This document shows, piece by piece, positions 20,775 through 31,157 of a DNA stretch of 64,000 nt. The position numbers were made by a program, and so were the translations under genes. The notes under the pieces are model-generated. The model was not told where the DNA came from. It searched no databases and saw only the letters and a list, made by a program, of their open reading frames with translations. Every line of letters starts with the position of its first letter. Position 1 is the first letter of the stretch. This DNA comes from Candidatus Krumholzibacteriia bacterium (GTDB lineage: Bacteria > Krumholzibacteriota > Krumholzibacteriia > JAJRXK01), in assembly GCA_041484665.1 (NCBI GenBank), contig JBGPIA010000001.1, positions 960,001-1,024,000 of the forward strand, read 5' to 3'.

Positions 20775-22673
20775 TCACCGCAGCAGCACCGTACGCGCTA
20801 CGGCCGTGTGGGCCGGGGTCCACAGCTCCAGGAGATAGACGCCCGCCGCAACGGACCGGCCGCTCTGGTCCTGACCCGGCCAGAGCGCTCGGTGCAGCCC
20901 CGGCTCGAGCAGGCTCTCCTCGACCATGGTCGCGACCCTGCGACCGCGCATGTCGTAGACCGACAACCTGACCGGCAGCGCCTTGCCACCCGGCACCTGG
21001 AAGGACACCTCGAGGCGGGAGCGGGCCGGATTGGGAACGCTGACGAACGCCGGATAGATCGCAACCGGCGGCCCCAGCGCATCAACCCCCGTGGCGGGCG
21101 CGATCACGTCCGCGGCGCTGCGGGGAACCAGCCGATAGCTCTGCAGGAATGGGCTCGTCGTGTCGAACTGGTCCACGATCGCGACCAGGGCGAACCCCGC
21201 GGGCGGCGCCGTCGTGCCGTCCACGTCGGTGTCGCGGTCCACGAACAACGTGAACGACGAGGCGCCGCCGTCGTCGCTCACGGTCAGGCTCGCGTCACTG
21301 CCGGCGAAGGGCCAGGTGCCCGACAGGATCGTCAGGTTGTTCACGCGCACCAGCCGCCCCTCGAATGCCTCGGCCGCTGGCAGCAAGCTGGCCAAGGTCA
21401 TTGTGACCGGAGCCACGGGCAGGCCTGACGCGAGCACGACGACCGCGCGCGGCTCGAGCTCGGTGCGGCCGCTGAACTGGCTGAGGCTGCCCAACGCGAC
21501 GATCTGGTCCCCCGGCGTCACCGCGAAGGATACACCGCTGGCCCCGTTCACTGCGATGCCAGCGGCAGGAGCGCAGTCGTCCACGATGAAGAAGTCGTTG
21601 GCTTGAGTGCTGAACGCCGGATTCCCCGTCGTGACCAGGCCCGCGGTCATCACCGGAGCCCCGCTGTTGGTGATCGCTCCGTTGGCGTCCACGCTGCGCA
21701 CCGCGCCGACGCACGGCAGCGCGCCCGGATCGTAGAACCCCACGAAGTCCGGGGACGGCGGCGGATAGCCCGGCACCGTCACGCTCCCGGCCGTCGCCGC
21801 GACGTAGAACTCGTACACCCCCGGGCCGCCGGGCGGGCTCCAGCTGTAGGTGTAGGCATCGCCGCCCGCCGGGACCATGGGCGACGCGGTCCACGACCCA
21901 CCCGCGGGTCGGGCGTACAGGCTCACCGTGTCGGGCACGCGCGGCGCGCAACTCTCCAGGGACGTCACCGTCGCGGTCACGACGATGGGCGTGGCGCCGC
22001 CTGCCGCAACCAGCCGCGGCGCGGGCGTCGTGCCGCTCACGATCATCAAGATGCTGCCGGCCACCCAGCCGCTGTTGGGCGCCCCCGGCGTGCCGTTGAG
22101 GGGAGTGCCGCCGCTGTCGAGTCCGTTGCGCGTGATGCCGTCGTTGGTGTGCCAGCTCGCGGGCACCGTCCCGTCCGCCGCGAACCCGCACGCCACCTGA
22201 TTGCGCTCCATGGTGAAGTCCTGGATCGTCCCCGCCTCATTCACCCCGGCGAACCAGAGGGTGGCGGGCTGTCCCGCGGCATCGATCGTCGCGGAGCTCT
22301 GATCCAGGAGCATGAGCTCCTCGCCGACGTTGCTGAGCGTGTTGTGGAAGGACGGGATGTTGAGCTCGCTGATGCGGTTGGAGATCGCAGCTCCGCTGCG
22401 GCCCTCGATCACGTAGAAGCCGCCCGCGGGAATGGACCCAACCAGATTCAGCGTGCCGCCGCTGGACTCGGTCAGGACCCAGCCAGTGAGGGCAATCGGC
22501 GATGCGGTCTGGTTGTGGAGCTCGACCCACTCATCCCCCGTGTTGGCAGCGCTCCCCGCCCACGCGATCTCGCTGATGATGACGTCTCCTGGATTCGCGG
22601 CCCGGGCAGGAACAAGGCCCCCGGCCAGCGCGAGGACCAGCGGGCAGATGGCTGTCAGGCGAACGATGTGCAT
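20775..22673 (-). CDS. Secreted protein: lamin-tail domain, two OB-fold-like repeats, FlgD-Ig/T9SS-like C-terminal domain
   Basis: VIISEIAW...EWVELHN...GTPGAPN; PGDQIVALG...FSGRTEL; EAFEGRLVRV; tail PNP...LSVYDMRGRRV...W.GQDQSGRSVAAGVY. Confidence 0.8.
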   Translation of the reverse strand: MHIVRLTAICPLVLALAGGLVPARAANPGDVIISEIAWAGSAANTGDEWVELHNQTASPIALTGWVLTESSGGTLNLVGSIPAGGFYVIEGRSGAAISNRISELNIPSFHNTLSNVGEELMLLDQSSATIDAAGQPATLWFAGVNEAGTIQDFTMERNQVACGFAADGTVPASWHTNDGITRNGLDSGGTPLNGTPGAPNSGWVAGSILMIVSGTTPAPRLVAAGGATPIVVTATVTSLESCAPRVPDTVSLYARPAGGSWTASPMVPAGGDAYTYSWSPPGGPGVYEFYVAATAGSVTVPGYPPPSPDFVGFYDPGALPCVGAVRSVDANGAITNSGAPVMTAGLVTTGNPAFSTQANDFFIVDDCAPAAGIAVNGASGVSFAVTPGDQIVALGSLSQFSGRTELEPRAVVVLASGLPVAPVTMTLASLLPAAEAFEGRLVRVNNLTILSGTWPFAGSDASLTVSDDGGASSFTLFVDRDTDVDGTTAPPAGFALVAIVDQFDTTSPFLQSYRLVPRSAADVIAPATGVDALGPPVAIYPAFVSVPNPARSRLEVSFQVPGGKALPVRLSVYDMRGRRVATMVEESLLEPGLHRALWPGQDQSGRSVAAGVYLLELWTPAHTAVARTVLLR

Positions 22674-22980
22674 GGTGCCTCTCCCTGGATCGATCGGGCG
22701 GTGCGATGTGGAGCAGTGGAAACGGGGGACCCCCTACCGAGGCTAACTCGCGGCGCCGGCCGACCGCAAGGCCGCTGGAGAACTGGCGCGGGCTCAAAAC
22801 GGTGGCCGGGATGGCGGCGGGGACGGCGGCCCGGGGCGGACCCCCGGATCGCGCCCGGGGCGGCGGTTGGGATAACGCCCCCGGGGGCACCCTGGGCGGC
22901 GCTCCAGGGGGAGGCCCACGCGGGCGGCCGGGGTGGCGCGCCGGGCGGCTGGAGACGACCCGCCGCGCGCCGGCGGGAGG

Positions 22981-25347
22981 TCAGCGCCGCGCGTGGTAGG
23001 CCAGCTTGACGAAGAACCCGTCCTGCACCGGTCGAAGGCTCGCCACATCGAACGCGCCCGCGGCCTCCAGCAAGGAGCCATAGCCAAGGAATGCGACGGT
23101 CCCGGGCGAGGGCTCGAAGGAGATCAGGCCGTCGACGCGCAGCCCGTCGGATGCCTCTGCGCCCGCCACCGTCCCGTCCACCAGCAGCGGCTCCCCCGTG
23201 CGCGCGTCGGCGAGGGCCGCCTGCCGCTCTGAGCGGTATTCGCCGATCAGGCGGAAGAACAGCGCCCGGGAGGGCTGCACCTCGAGCTTGATGCGGGGAA
23301 TCACCGTGCGCGCGAACTGCGTGCCATCGCGGCGGCGGGCGAGCCAGGAGGCCGTTGCGCTCGCGGAGATGCGAATGGACTCGCCCGGGCGCAACGCGAC
23401 TCCGCCGTTCACGTTCGTCCCGGTGCCCTGCGACCCCTCCGGGAAGATCCCGACGCGTGCCCGGCTGGCGGAAACGCGCGCGTCCAGCCCACGGTAGGTC
23501 GGCGTGCTCGCCGCAAGCGTGATCTGCGGCCCAGACGTCTCGTCGAGCGGCGTGTACGGGAGCGGCCCGCCGGCTGCAGCCGTCTCATAGCCGGCGTAGG
23601 CCGCACGGTCGAAGTGCACGAACTGGCGGCTGATCGTGGCGTCACCCTCCCACCCGCCGCGCAGGCGCAGCGACCCTTCCAGGTTCTCGCTCCCCTCCAC
23701 GGCGTTCTCCCTCAGGAATCCGCCGTACCGCCAGACACGTACGGGCGTCACGAAGACACTGAAACTCTCCAGCAGCGCGCCGCGCGGGCCGTAGAACGTG
23801 AAGCGGTCGAACAGGTGCCCGCTCACCACGTCGCTGCGCGGCACGTAGCCCGCTTTGCTCACGAAATCTTCCCCGACGCCATTGAGCTGGTAGTTGAACC
23901 CGAATGAGCCCCCCGTCCGGTCCACCTCCACCCTCCAGAGCGGCGCCGCGCGCGCACCGGCGTCGTCCCGCGTCCAGGAGCCGCCCAGCTGGCCCTGCGC
24001 GTAGTAGAGCTTGCCGAACACCACGCGCGCATCGCCCGCCGCGACGCGGTTGAAGAGCGACGTCCCAAGCACGCTGCGGTCGGTGTACGTGACCCCCGCG
24101 ACGGAGTTCGAGCCGAAGTCGCACCGCAAGCGGCTGATGTTGAACAGGGCGTCTTTGCTCGATCCGTCCACCGACTGGTCGACCGCAGTCAGGTGCGCCA
24201 CGCCCAGCCGGCCGAGCTTGCCGGTGAGCTTGCCGCCGGCGATCGGATCGGCGATCTGCCGCGTGTAGACCAGCTGGTTGGGCGTGGCGAAGAGGTCGAT
24301 TGCCTCTAGGAAGAACGGTCGTTTCTCCGGATAGAACAGCGCGAAGCGCTCGTTGACCGTGACCTGTCCTTCGTCGGTCTCCACCTGGCTGAAATCGGGG
24401 TTCACGGTCAAGTCGATGGAGAGGCTCGTGAGCCCCAGGGACACGTTCACCCCGGCGCTGGTGTCGAGCCTTCCCCGCTCGAAGCTCCCGGTGGCTGCGT
24501 CGCGGGCGCCGTTCGCCGTGCCCGTGACGAAGGGCTGTGCCTCGAACGTGACGCCGCGCGCTAGGTCGTGCAGGCCATCGATGGCGCCCGACTGCAGGAG
24601 GAAGCTGGCATTGGCGCGGCGCACGTCCGTCCACGTGTCCTCGTAGCCGGTGCGCTGCACCAAGCGCGACACGTTGAGCCCCCACGTTTGCGGGCCGCTG
24701 CCGCGGTAGCGCAGGCTCTTGAAGGGAATGCGCAGCTCGACCACGTAGCCGTCGCCGGTGATCTGGCCCTTGGAGTCGAACAGATAGTCGGGGTTGCGGT
24801 CCACGCTGCCCCCGAAAATGCTCCCGGCGCTGGAGGCGCCCTCGCTGCGCATGCCATCCTGCTGCACCCCGAGGGGATTCACCGCGAAGTAGTAGGCGCG
24901 CCGGCGGTCGTTGAAGGTGTCCAGCCAGAGCACCACCTGGTCGTCGGCGTCGATGTTGTCGCGATCGGCGACCGTAGCGCGGATGGACGCCGGGTCGCGG
25001 TCCTGGGCGATCACGCCGAAGTAGATGGCGCTGGGCGAGTACCAGACCCTGACTTCGGTTTGCTCCTCGGCGGGCCGGCCATCCACCGGCTGAAACTGGG
25101 AGAACCCTGTGAGGCGGGTCGCCTGAGACCAGGGCGCCTCGTCGAGGACGCCGTCGATCTCGACGTCCGCCTCGATGCGCGGGATGGTCGCCGTCGGCGC
25201 TCCCATCCCATCCACACCCGGCGGCAGCGCGCGCGCCGGAGCGGCAACCGCGATGGCGAGCAGCGCAAGACCGGGCGCGAAACTGAGCGAGCGCACGCGC
25301 AGGCGCGGATGCACGCGCCGCAGCGAGCGCAGCGGCTGACCGGTCAT
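22981..25347 (-). CDS. Outer-membrane protein with CBM9-like N-terminal domain (DUF5916 family)
   Basis: IDGVLDE..W, ELRIPFKSLRY, TVNPDFSQVE, EKRPFFLE, FFVKLAY tail; start uncertain. Confidence 0.85.
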   Translation of the reverse strand: MTGQPLRSLRRVHPRLRVRSLSFAPGLALLAIAVAAPARALPPGVDGMGAPTATIPRIEADVEIDGVLDEAPWSQATRLTGFSQFQPVDGRPAEEQTEVRVWYSPSAIYFGVIAQDRDPASIRATVADRDNIDADDQVVLWLDTFNDRRRAYYFAVNPLGVQQDGMRSEGASSAGSIFGGSVDRNPDYLFDSKGQITGDGYVVELRIPFKSLRYRGSGPQTWGLNVSRLVQRTGYEDTWTDVRRANASFLLQSGAIDGLHDLARGVTFEAQPFVTGTANGARDAATGSFERGRLDTSAGVNVSLGLTSLSIDLTVNPDFSQVETDEGQVTVNERFALFYPEKRPFFLEAIDLFATPNQLVYTRQIADPIAGGKLTGKLGRLGVAHLTAVDQSVDGSSKDALFNISRLRCDFGSNSVAGVTYTDRSVLGTSLFNRVAAGDARVVFGKLYYAQGQLGGSWTRDDAGARAAPLWRVEVDRTGGSFGFNYQLNGVGEDFVSKAGYVPRSDVVSGHLFDRFTFYGPRGALLESFSVFVTPVRVWRYGGFLRENAVEGSENLEGSLRLRGGWEGDATISRQFVHFDRAAYAGYETAAAGGPLPYTPLDETSGPQITLAASTPTYRGLDARVSASRARVGIFPEGSQGTGTNVNGGVALRPGESIRISASATASWLARRRDGTQFARTVIPRIKLEVQPSRALFFRLIGEYRSERQAALADARTGEPLLVDGTVAGAEASDGLRVDGLISFEPSPGTVAFLGYGSLLEAAGAFDVASLRPVQDGFFVKLAYHARR

Positions 25348-25568
25348 CGATGGGGTGTCCAGGGGCTCGTGGCCGGCTCCAGCGGGACGTCGCGCGGTCG
25401 CATGAGGTCGGGCCGCGGCGCGCGTTGGGGAGTCCCGCAGAGCGACGCCGCCGGCTCGGGCGCCCATGATACTGTGCGGCTGAGTGGAGCGACAGCGGCT
25501 TCCGGCCGCTCCTGGCGCGCTCACGGACAGCCCGGGACTTTGGCCGCGGCGGGACGGGGGCCGGGACG

Positions 25569-26909
25569 TCAGCGCTTCGAGCCGTCTCGCGGCCGGCTCG
25601 GATCCACGGGCGTTGCGCCCTTCGCGCGACGGCCCTTGCCCCCCTTTGCTGCGCCGCGCGCAGCTGCCGCGGCTGCATCGCGTGCCGCCTGCGCCTGTTG
25701 CGCCTCGTGGCGCGCCCCGAGCAGCTCCCGCTCTCGGGCGGCCTGCTCCTCGAGCGCTCGGCGCTCCGCCGCGTGCTGCTCGCGCAGCGCCTGCGCGGAT
25801 GCGTTGGTGGGCGGTTGCGCGAGCTCGCGCAGGTGCCTCTCTTCCAGCGCGCGCAGCTGCTTCTGCTGCCGCACCCCCAGATCGTGCCGCTCCCGCTCCT
25901 GCCGGCGGCGGATGTCCGCCGGAATGTCGCGCGCGGGGGGCGGTGGCGGGGTCTGCGGCGTCGCGGTCGGGACGTTGCGCGGCGGAACGGTGCCGGAGCG
26001 GACGGCGCCCGGGACGATAGCGCCGGGAACGACGGCGGCAGCGGCAGGCCGCGATGGAGCCTGGGAGGGCCGCTCGGGCGGCGACTGGGACCGCGTGTCC
26101 GGCACGTCTGGCCTGTAGACTCGCACGACGCCGCCGCGCGGCGGCTGCGGCCGAGTGCCGGGCCCCGGCATCTCGACGATGCGGTAACGCGTGACCGGCT
26201 TGTGCATGGCACGCTCGATCCCGCCGACGCCCAGACCACTGTCCACCACGCGGTTGTCGACGATCACGAGGTTCGTGACGCTGCGCGTCTGGCGGATCAG
26301 CGTGACGTTGCGTGGCAGGGTGGCGATTCGTGCGCGCAGGCGTCCGCCCACGAAGTGCGCGTCATCGCAGAAGCTCCACCAGTACGGCTCGATCCCGGCG
26401 TCCAGGTCGAAGCCGCCCGTCTCCAGGCCGATCCCGGCGCGCCAGCCGACCTGCGGCGGCAGCGGAGCCCAGCCGACCCAGCCTCCGCCGGAGCGCCACG
26501 CCACCCACGCCGGAGCCCAGACCGCCGCGGGGACCCACACCCACCCGCGCGCCGGCCGAAAGCTCCAGCGGCCGTAGTGGAAGGGAGCCCAGCCCCAGAC
26601 CTGGTCGGACTGCCAGCACCACCCGGCGTCGGTGAAGATCCACTCACCGTCGGTGTAGGGACGCCAGTCAGGCGGCAACCCCGACGGGGTCCAGGCCCAA
26701 CCGTAGTCGGCGTCCCAGAACCAGACGCCGTACGGAGCGAGCGAATTGTAGAAGATGCCGACATCGGCCCGGGCGGACGCTGCATCGGCATCGGCGGAGA
26801 ATCTGGCAGAGGAGCCGGCGGAGGAGCCCTCGTAGGGACTCGTTGCGCACGCAGCGCACGCGGCGATCAAGACGGCTCCAAGCATGGGGGCGGTCAGAAA
26901 GCGTTCCAT
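25569..26909 (-). CDS. DUF6600-like lipoprotein with Trp-rich repeats and a Pro/Arg/Gln-rich tail
   Basis: FYNSLAPYGVW, WRPYTDGEW, WGWAPFHYGRW, WAPAWVAW, VGWAPLPP; lipobox-like Cys. Confidence 0.8.
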   Translation of the reverse strand: MERFLTAPMLGAVLIAACAACATSPYEGSSAGSSARFSADADAASARADVGIFYNSLAPYGVWFWDADYGWAWTPSGLPPDWRPYTDGEWIFTDAGWCWQSDQVWGWAPFHYGRWSFRPARGWVWVPAAVWAPAWVAWRSGGGWVGWAPLPPQVGWRAGIGLETGGFDLDAGIEPYWWSFCDDAHFVGGRLRARIATLPRNVTLIRQTRSVTNLVIVDNRVVDSGLGVGGIERAMHKPVTRYRIVEMPGPGTRPQPPRGGVVRVYRPDVPDTRSQSPPERPSQAPSRPAAAAVVPGAIVPGAVRSGTVPPRNVPTATPQTPPPPPARDIPADIRRRQERERHDLGVRQQKQLRALEERHLRELAQPPTNASAQALREQHAAERRALEEQAARERELLGARHEAQQAQAARDAAAAAARGAAKGGKGRRAKGATPVDPSRPRDGSKR

Positions 26910-27177
26910 GGCCCTCCAGTCCCACCACGAGTGCCAGCGCAGCGCACGAGAGCAGTGCGGGGCTCCGCAGTGCTGTCGTCGCGGCCGGTGCGCGGTGCGC
27001 CGCAACAGCACCTGCGCCGTCTGGAGGGGGTGAGTCCCACCGTGCGCCTGTGCGCGCCTCGAATGTGATGCTCGTGGTACTCCCCGGGCCGGGACAGGTT
27101 CCCAGAGGCGTTGGCCCGCGCCACGACGCTGCTGGCGGGCGTTTGGCGCAAGCGCCATACTGGGCGCGGTTCGCCGG

Positions 27178-27586
27178 GCGGCACACGCCGCGGGAATGCG
27201 GGTGATGCTCAAGCCGCACATCTGGCTCGGCGGCGCGAGCTGCGGGACGTGGGTGGGCGACATCGACCCGGGCAGCGACGCGCAGTGGGACCGCTGGTTC
27301 CAGAGCTATGGCAGCTTCATCGTCCACTACAGCTATGGCAGCTTCATCGTCCACTACGCGACGCTCGCCCAGCGCGCGGAGGTTGACCTGCTGTGCATCG
27401 GTGCCGAGCTGCAGCGCACGGTGGCGCTGCGTCCGCAGCGCGGGCGCTCACCTGTGGAAGTGGTACGCTGACCACGACCGTGCGGGGGGACCGTCCAGCA
27501 TCGACTTCACGCCGCAGAATAAACCGGCCGAAGGCGTGATCGCGCGCTGGTTCGCCCGTGTCTCGACCGGCCTCGCCCCGCAGTAG
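27178..27586 (+). pseudogene. Glycoside hydrolase family 113-like remnant
   Basis: AHAAGMRVMLKPHIW...WFQSY...CIGAEL, then a frame change to WKW...FTPQNKPAEGVIARWF; N-terminus and central part missing. Confidence 0.75.
27304..27357 (+). repeat. Exact 27-bp tandem duplication
   Basis: agctatggcagcttcatcgtccactac twice (SYGSFIVHY twice). Confidence 0.95.
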
Positions 27587-27666
27587 CGCAGCGAGCGGAC
27601 CGCGGGCGCGGCGGCCACCGCATGCACCCTGTCCCGTGGCGCCCACCGGAACGCAGCCGACCTCCG

Positions 27667-28572
27667 CTACGGGAATCGCCCGGGTCCGGTCGCGGCAACC
27701 CCTGCCTCGGGCGTAAAGGCCACCTTCCAGACCTCGGCGCGCCCGCTGCGGTCGGACGCGAAGTACAGCGTGCGCCCATCGGGCGACCAGCACGGGTCGT
27801 GATCGTCTGCGTCGCGGGTGACCTGTTGCAGGCCCAGCTGTGACCCGCGCGCATCGGCCACCCAGATCTCTCCGCGCGGGGTCGGGCCCGCGACGATCAG
27901 CCGGGTGAAGGCAATCCAGCGCGCGTCACGGGACCACGCGGGATCGCCGACGTCTCCCAAGCCTTGCACGACGACCTCTGCGCTGCCGCCGGAGCGGGGC
28001 ACCTTGAGGATCTGCGCCACGTCGCCGAAGGCGATCCACTGTCCGTCGGGCGACCAGGCAGGCGCCGTCCCGGCGCACCCGCCCCCACCGGCCCTGGCGC
28101 AGAGCACGTCGGCGCGGACACCGTCCGGATAGGAGAAGACCACGATCCCCTCGCTGCCCTTCACGGCGATCTCACCCCCCGAGGGCGACCAGGCGGGATG
28201 GCTGTCGAAGTCCGTCGGCAGGAGGCTCGCCGTCTCGAGGGTGGTTGCGTCCACGGTGTAGAGCACCTCCCCGCAGCGGAATACGATCAAGTGTCCAGCC
28301 GGGGACCAGTCTGGCTCGCGGCTGCAGAAATCCGTGAGCGTGACCTGCTGCGAGCCATCGGGCGAGATCCGGCCGATGAAATAATGGTGGGGCGTGGGTA
28401 GCTCGAAGGCGATCCAGGCGCCGTCCCCGGAGACCGTCGGATGGTCGCCCCCCGTGCGGGTGAGCTGCACTGGCGAGCTGGGATCGGGAGCCGCGGGCGG
28501 AGCGGCCGCATTGTCGGCGCAGCCGCACGCCCACAGCCCGATCGGGCAAAGCGCCAGAGCCACTGCCCTCAT
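27667..28572 (-). CDS. TolB-like beta-propeller (PD40 repeat) lipoprotein
   Basis: Repeated P.WSPDG..IAF units; lipobox-like ACG-C. Confidence 0.85.
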   Translation of the reverse strand: MRAVALALCPIGLWACGCADNAAAPPAAPDPSSPVQLTRTGGDHPTVSGDGAWIAFELPTPHHYFIGRISPDGSQQVTLTDFCSREPDWSPAGHLIVFRCGEVLYTVDATTLETASLLPTDFDSHPAWSPSGGEIAVKGSEGIVVFSYPDGVRADVLCARAGGGGCAGTAPAWSPDGQWIAFGDVAQILKVPRSGGSAEVVVQGLGDVGDPAWSRDARWIAFTRLIVAGPTPRGEIWVADARGSQLGLQQVTRDADDHDPCWSPDGRTLYFASDRSGRAEVWKVAFTPEAGVAATGPGRFP

Positions 28573-28845
28573 CGCGCGGCCCCCTGCCGTTCGCACCGTT
28601 GGTCGTTCGCGCTGGTGATGCGGCCGCGCGGGTGCAGGGATCCCGCAATCCCTGCCGGCCGTGCGTGCACCTCTGCACTGCAAGTATGCGCTGTTGCCCA
28701 GCCGACGCGCCAGGGGGACGGGGCTCCCTCGCTCGAGCCTGGCCGTCTGTGCCGCGACGATCCCATTGATCCGGCCGGCGGGCCGCACCATCATTATTCG
28801 CGAGACCCCCACGATCGATGGCCCTTACGACAGGAGGCCCTGGGC

Positions 28846-29661
28846 ATGGCGGGAGCGCAGACGTCTCGCGGCGGTCCGGGCGGCGGCGCGGGTTGGGATC
28901 TCCACGGCAAGCGGGCGCTGGTCACCGGCGCCAGCAGCGGGATCGGTCGGGCCACGGCGCGGCTGATGGCAGCCAGCGGTGCGGAGATCGTCGCAACCGC
29001 GCGACGCGAGGCACCTTTGCAGGAGCTGGCGCGCGAGCAGATGGGCGGCCCCGGCACAATCTGTCCCCTGAGCGGCGATCTCACCGACGCCGGCTTCCGG
29101 ACGCGGCTCGTGGCGGAGGCCGTCGCCCAGTTGGGCGGCCTGGACGCGCTCGTGAACGCCGCGGGCATCATCGCCAGCGCCAACTGGGAGAGCACGACGC
29201 TTGAAGCGTGGGACGCCATGCTGGACGTGAACCTGCGGGCTGTGTTCGCGCTGACCCGCGAGGCGATCCCACACCTGCAGCAAAGCAAGGGCGCCATCGT
29301 GAACGTCAGCAGCGTGACCGGCACGCGGGCGTTTCCCAACGTGCTGGCGTACTGCGTGAGCAAGGCCGGGCTGGATCAACTCACGCGCTGTCTCGCGCTG
29401 GAGCTGGCTCCGTCTGGGGTACGGGTCAACGCCGTCAATCCCGGAGTGGTGCGCACGAATCTCCATCGCGCGTCGGGCATGGATGCGGAGCGCTACGCCG
29501 CCTTCCTCGAGCATGGCCGCACGACCCATCCGCTGGGACGGGTGGGCGAGCCAGAGGAGGTCGCCGCGCTCATCGCCTTTCTCGCCTCACCGGCGGCGGG
29601 CTGGATCACGGGCGAGACAATCGCCATCGATGGCGGGCGGCATCAGACCTGCGCGCGCTGA
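28846..29661 (+). CDS. Short-chain dehydrogenase/reductase
   Basis: TGASSGIG, NAAG, NVSS, YCVSK, NPG, IDGG; AGGAGG SD. Confidence 0.93.
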   Translation: MAGAQTSRGGPGGGAGWDLHGKRALVTGASSGIGRATARLMAASGAEIVATARREAPLQELAREQMGGPGTICPLSGDLTDAGFRTRLVAEAVAQLGGLDALVNAAGIIASANWESTTLEAWDAMLDVNLRAVFALTREAIPHLQQSKGAIVNVSSVTGTRAFPNVLAYCVSKAGLDQLTRCLALELAPSGVRVNAVNPGVVRTNLHRASGMDAERYAAFLEHGRTTHPLGRVGEPEEVAALIAFLASPAAGWITGETIAIDGGRHQTCAR

Positions 29662-30659
29662 CGGTCGGGGGGGCGCGGCGAGGCGCGGCGGCGCCCGGCA
29701 GCCCAGATCAGCAAGAGTCCGATGGCGATCCACACCAGCTCGCGAACCCGGTTGACGATCGCGGCGAACACCCCCACGTCCGCCGTCAACCCCAACGCGC
29801 GGGCGATCAGGTAGAGCCCGCCCTCGCGCGTACCCGCCTCCAACGGAACGAAGAAGACGATGTTGAGGATCAGCGTGGAGAAGCTGCCGACCAGGAAAGC
29901 GCGGCCGTAGCCGGCCGGGAGACCGAGTCCGGCGAAGATGAGCTGGAACTCCACGCACGCCAGGCAGCGCCCCGCGACATCGGCCAACAGCGCCAAGACG
30001 AAGCGGCGGCGGTTGCGCGCAGAGAAGCGCACGATCTGCTCGTCCATGGCGATGAGCGCGGCACGGCGCGGCTCGAGACGCTTGGCGAGCCGGCCCAGCA
30101 GTGGGGCTCGCTGCAGCGCGTCGAGCACGCGCTCCAGCACGCCGCGGCGCAGGATCAGGAGCAGGACCGCCCCGATGCCCAGTACGGGCACGGCCACCAC
30201 CAACAGCCTCCCCACGTTCGCCGTACTGCCCGCGGCCAGCCGCAGCGCCAGCGCCAGGCCAGCCAGCCATACGATGAGGTTGCTTAGCGCGTGGATCATC
30301 CAGTAGATCATCACGGTGCCGGTGGCGCGCCCCGTACCGAACCACGGCGCCAGCGCCGCGATCTTGAACGGCTCGCCGCCCAGGTTCACCAGAGGAGTGA
30401 CGTAGTTGAGGGCGAATCCGGAAATGCTCATCGACCAGGTGCGCAGATACGACGGCTTGGGCCCGGCACCTTCCATGGTCAGATGCCACGCCCACGCGTA
30501 CAGCGCGTAGACGCCCGCGTACACCAGGACGATGGGGAGCAGTCGCCAGCCGATGCGGGTGACGTCGGCCGCCAGGACGCTCAGGCCGATGCGGTGGACC
30601 AGCCAGACCACGACGGCGCAGCCGCCGACGAAGAGCGCGATCTGGACGCGCCGCCTCAT
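29643..30659 (-). CDS. Lysylphosphatidylglycerol-synthase TM-region (flippase-like) protein
   Basis: Polytopic; NYVTP...GGEPFK and VPLEAGTREG motifs. Confidence 0.82.
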   Translation of the reverse strand: MRRRVQIALFVGGCAVVVWLVHRIGLSVLAADVTRIGWRLLPIVLVYAGVYALYAWAWHLTMEGAGPKPSYLRTWSMSISGFALNYVTPLVNLGGEPFKIAALAPWFGTGRATGTVMIYWMIHALSNLIVWLAGLALALRLAAGSTANVGRLLVVAVPVLGIGAVLLLILRRGVLERVLDALQRAPLLGRLAKRLEPRRAALIAMDEQIVRFSARNRRRFVLALLADVAGRCLACVEFQLIFAGLGLPAGYGRAFLVGSFSTLILNIVFFVPLEAGTREGGLYLIARALGLTADVGVFAAIVNRVRELVWIAIGLLLIWAAGRRRASPRPPDRQRAQV

Positions 30660-30877
30660 GCGCGCTGCGCGGCGGCCGACGCTGCCGGCATGTCACGGGG
30701 GGCAGCGTGAATCTGCAGGTGCAGCGCTGCCGGCTGCCCGATGCCGTCCAGGAAGCGTTCGAAGCGCCGGTGGTCGAGCACCACCGCGGGGTCCATGAAT
30801 CGCGTCAAGAACCATCTCCACCAGGACGTCGTGTCCAGCTGGCCCGTGACGTCGTTGCGCTCCGTCGTGTCGGGCAT
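30656..30877 (-). CDS. Small hypothetical protein (73 aa) or gene fragment
   Basis: Stop overlaps the flippase-like start (ATGA); protein-like composition; no recognised family. Confidence 0.35.
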   Translation of the reverse strand: MPDTTERNDVTGQLDTTSWWRWFLTRFMDPAVVLDHRRFERFLDGIGQPAALHLQIHAAPRDMPAASAAAQRA

Positions 30878-31028
30878 CTCCAGCCGCAGCTGGGTCCCCC
30901 CCCGTGCGACAGCGGGCCCTCGCGGTCAGAGTGACTCTCGCCCGGCGGGAGCGTACCGCCTTGCGGCGCACGTGCCAAGCTGCGTCGCGGCTGAGAGGCC
31001 GCGGGCGACGCGAACCGTGCTGTACGCC

Positions 31029-31056
31029 AAACGCCGGGCCCCTCGGGAGCCCGGCG
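31029..31056 (-). terminator. Intrinsic terminator candidate
   Basis: CGCCGGGC...GCCCGGCG stem followed by TTT on the minus strand. Confidence 0.5.
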
Positions 31057-31157
31057 CTTGTCAACGGCAGAGCCGTGTGCGTGGAGGTGGCTCGCTCGGC
31101 AGGGTCTTGCGCCGGGTGGGGGAACGACGGCCCCGCGCCGAGCAGCGACCCAGCTCC

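Noticed and set aside
22700..22980. Very GC-rich intergenic stretch that might be an ncRNA or decayed gene
   Set aside because: No recognisable motif, repeat or protein similarity by eye
23642..26239. Long alternative-frame and antisense ORFs (865 aa here; also 40026-42314, 52493-54496 and many others)
   Set aside because: Arg/Ala/Pro-rich shadow frames of real genes, expected at high GC; no recognisable motifs
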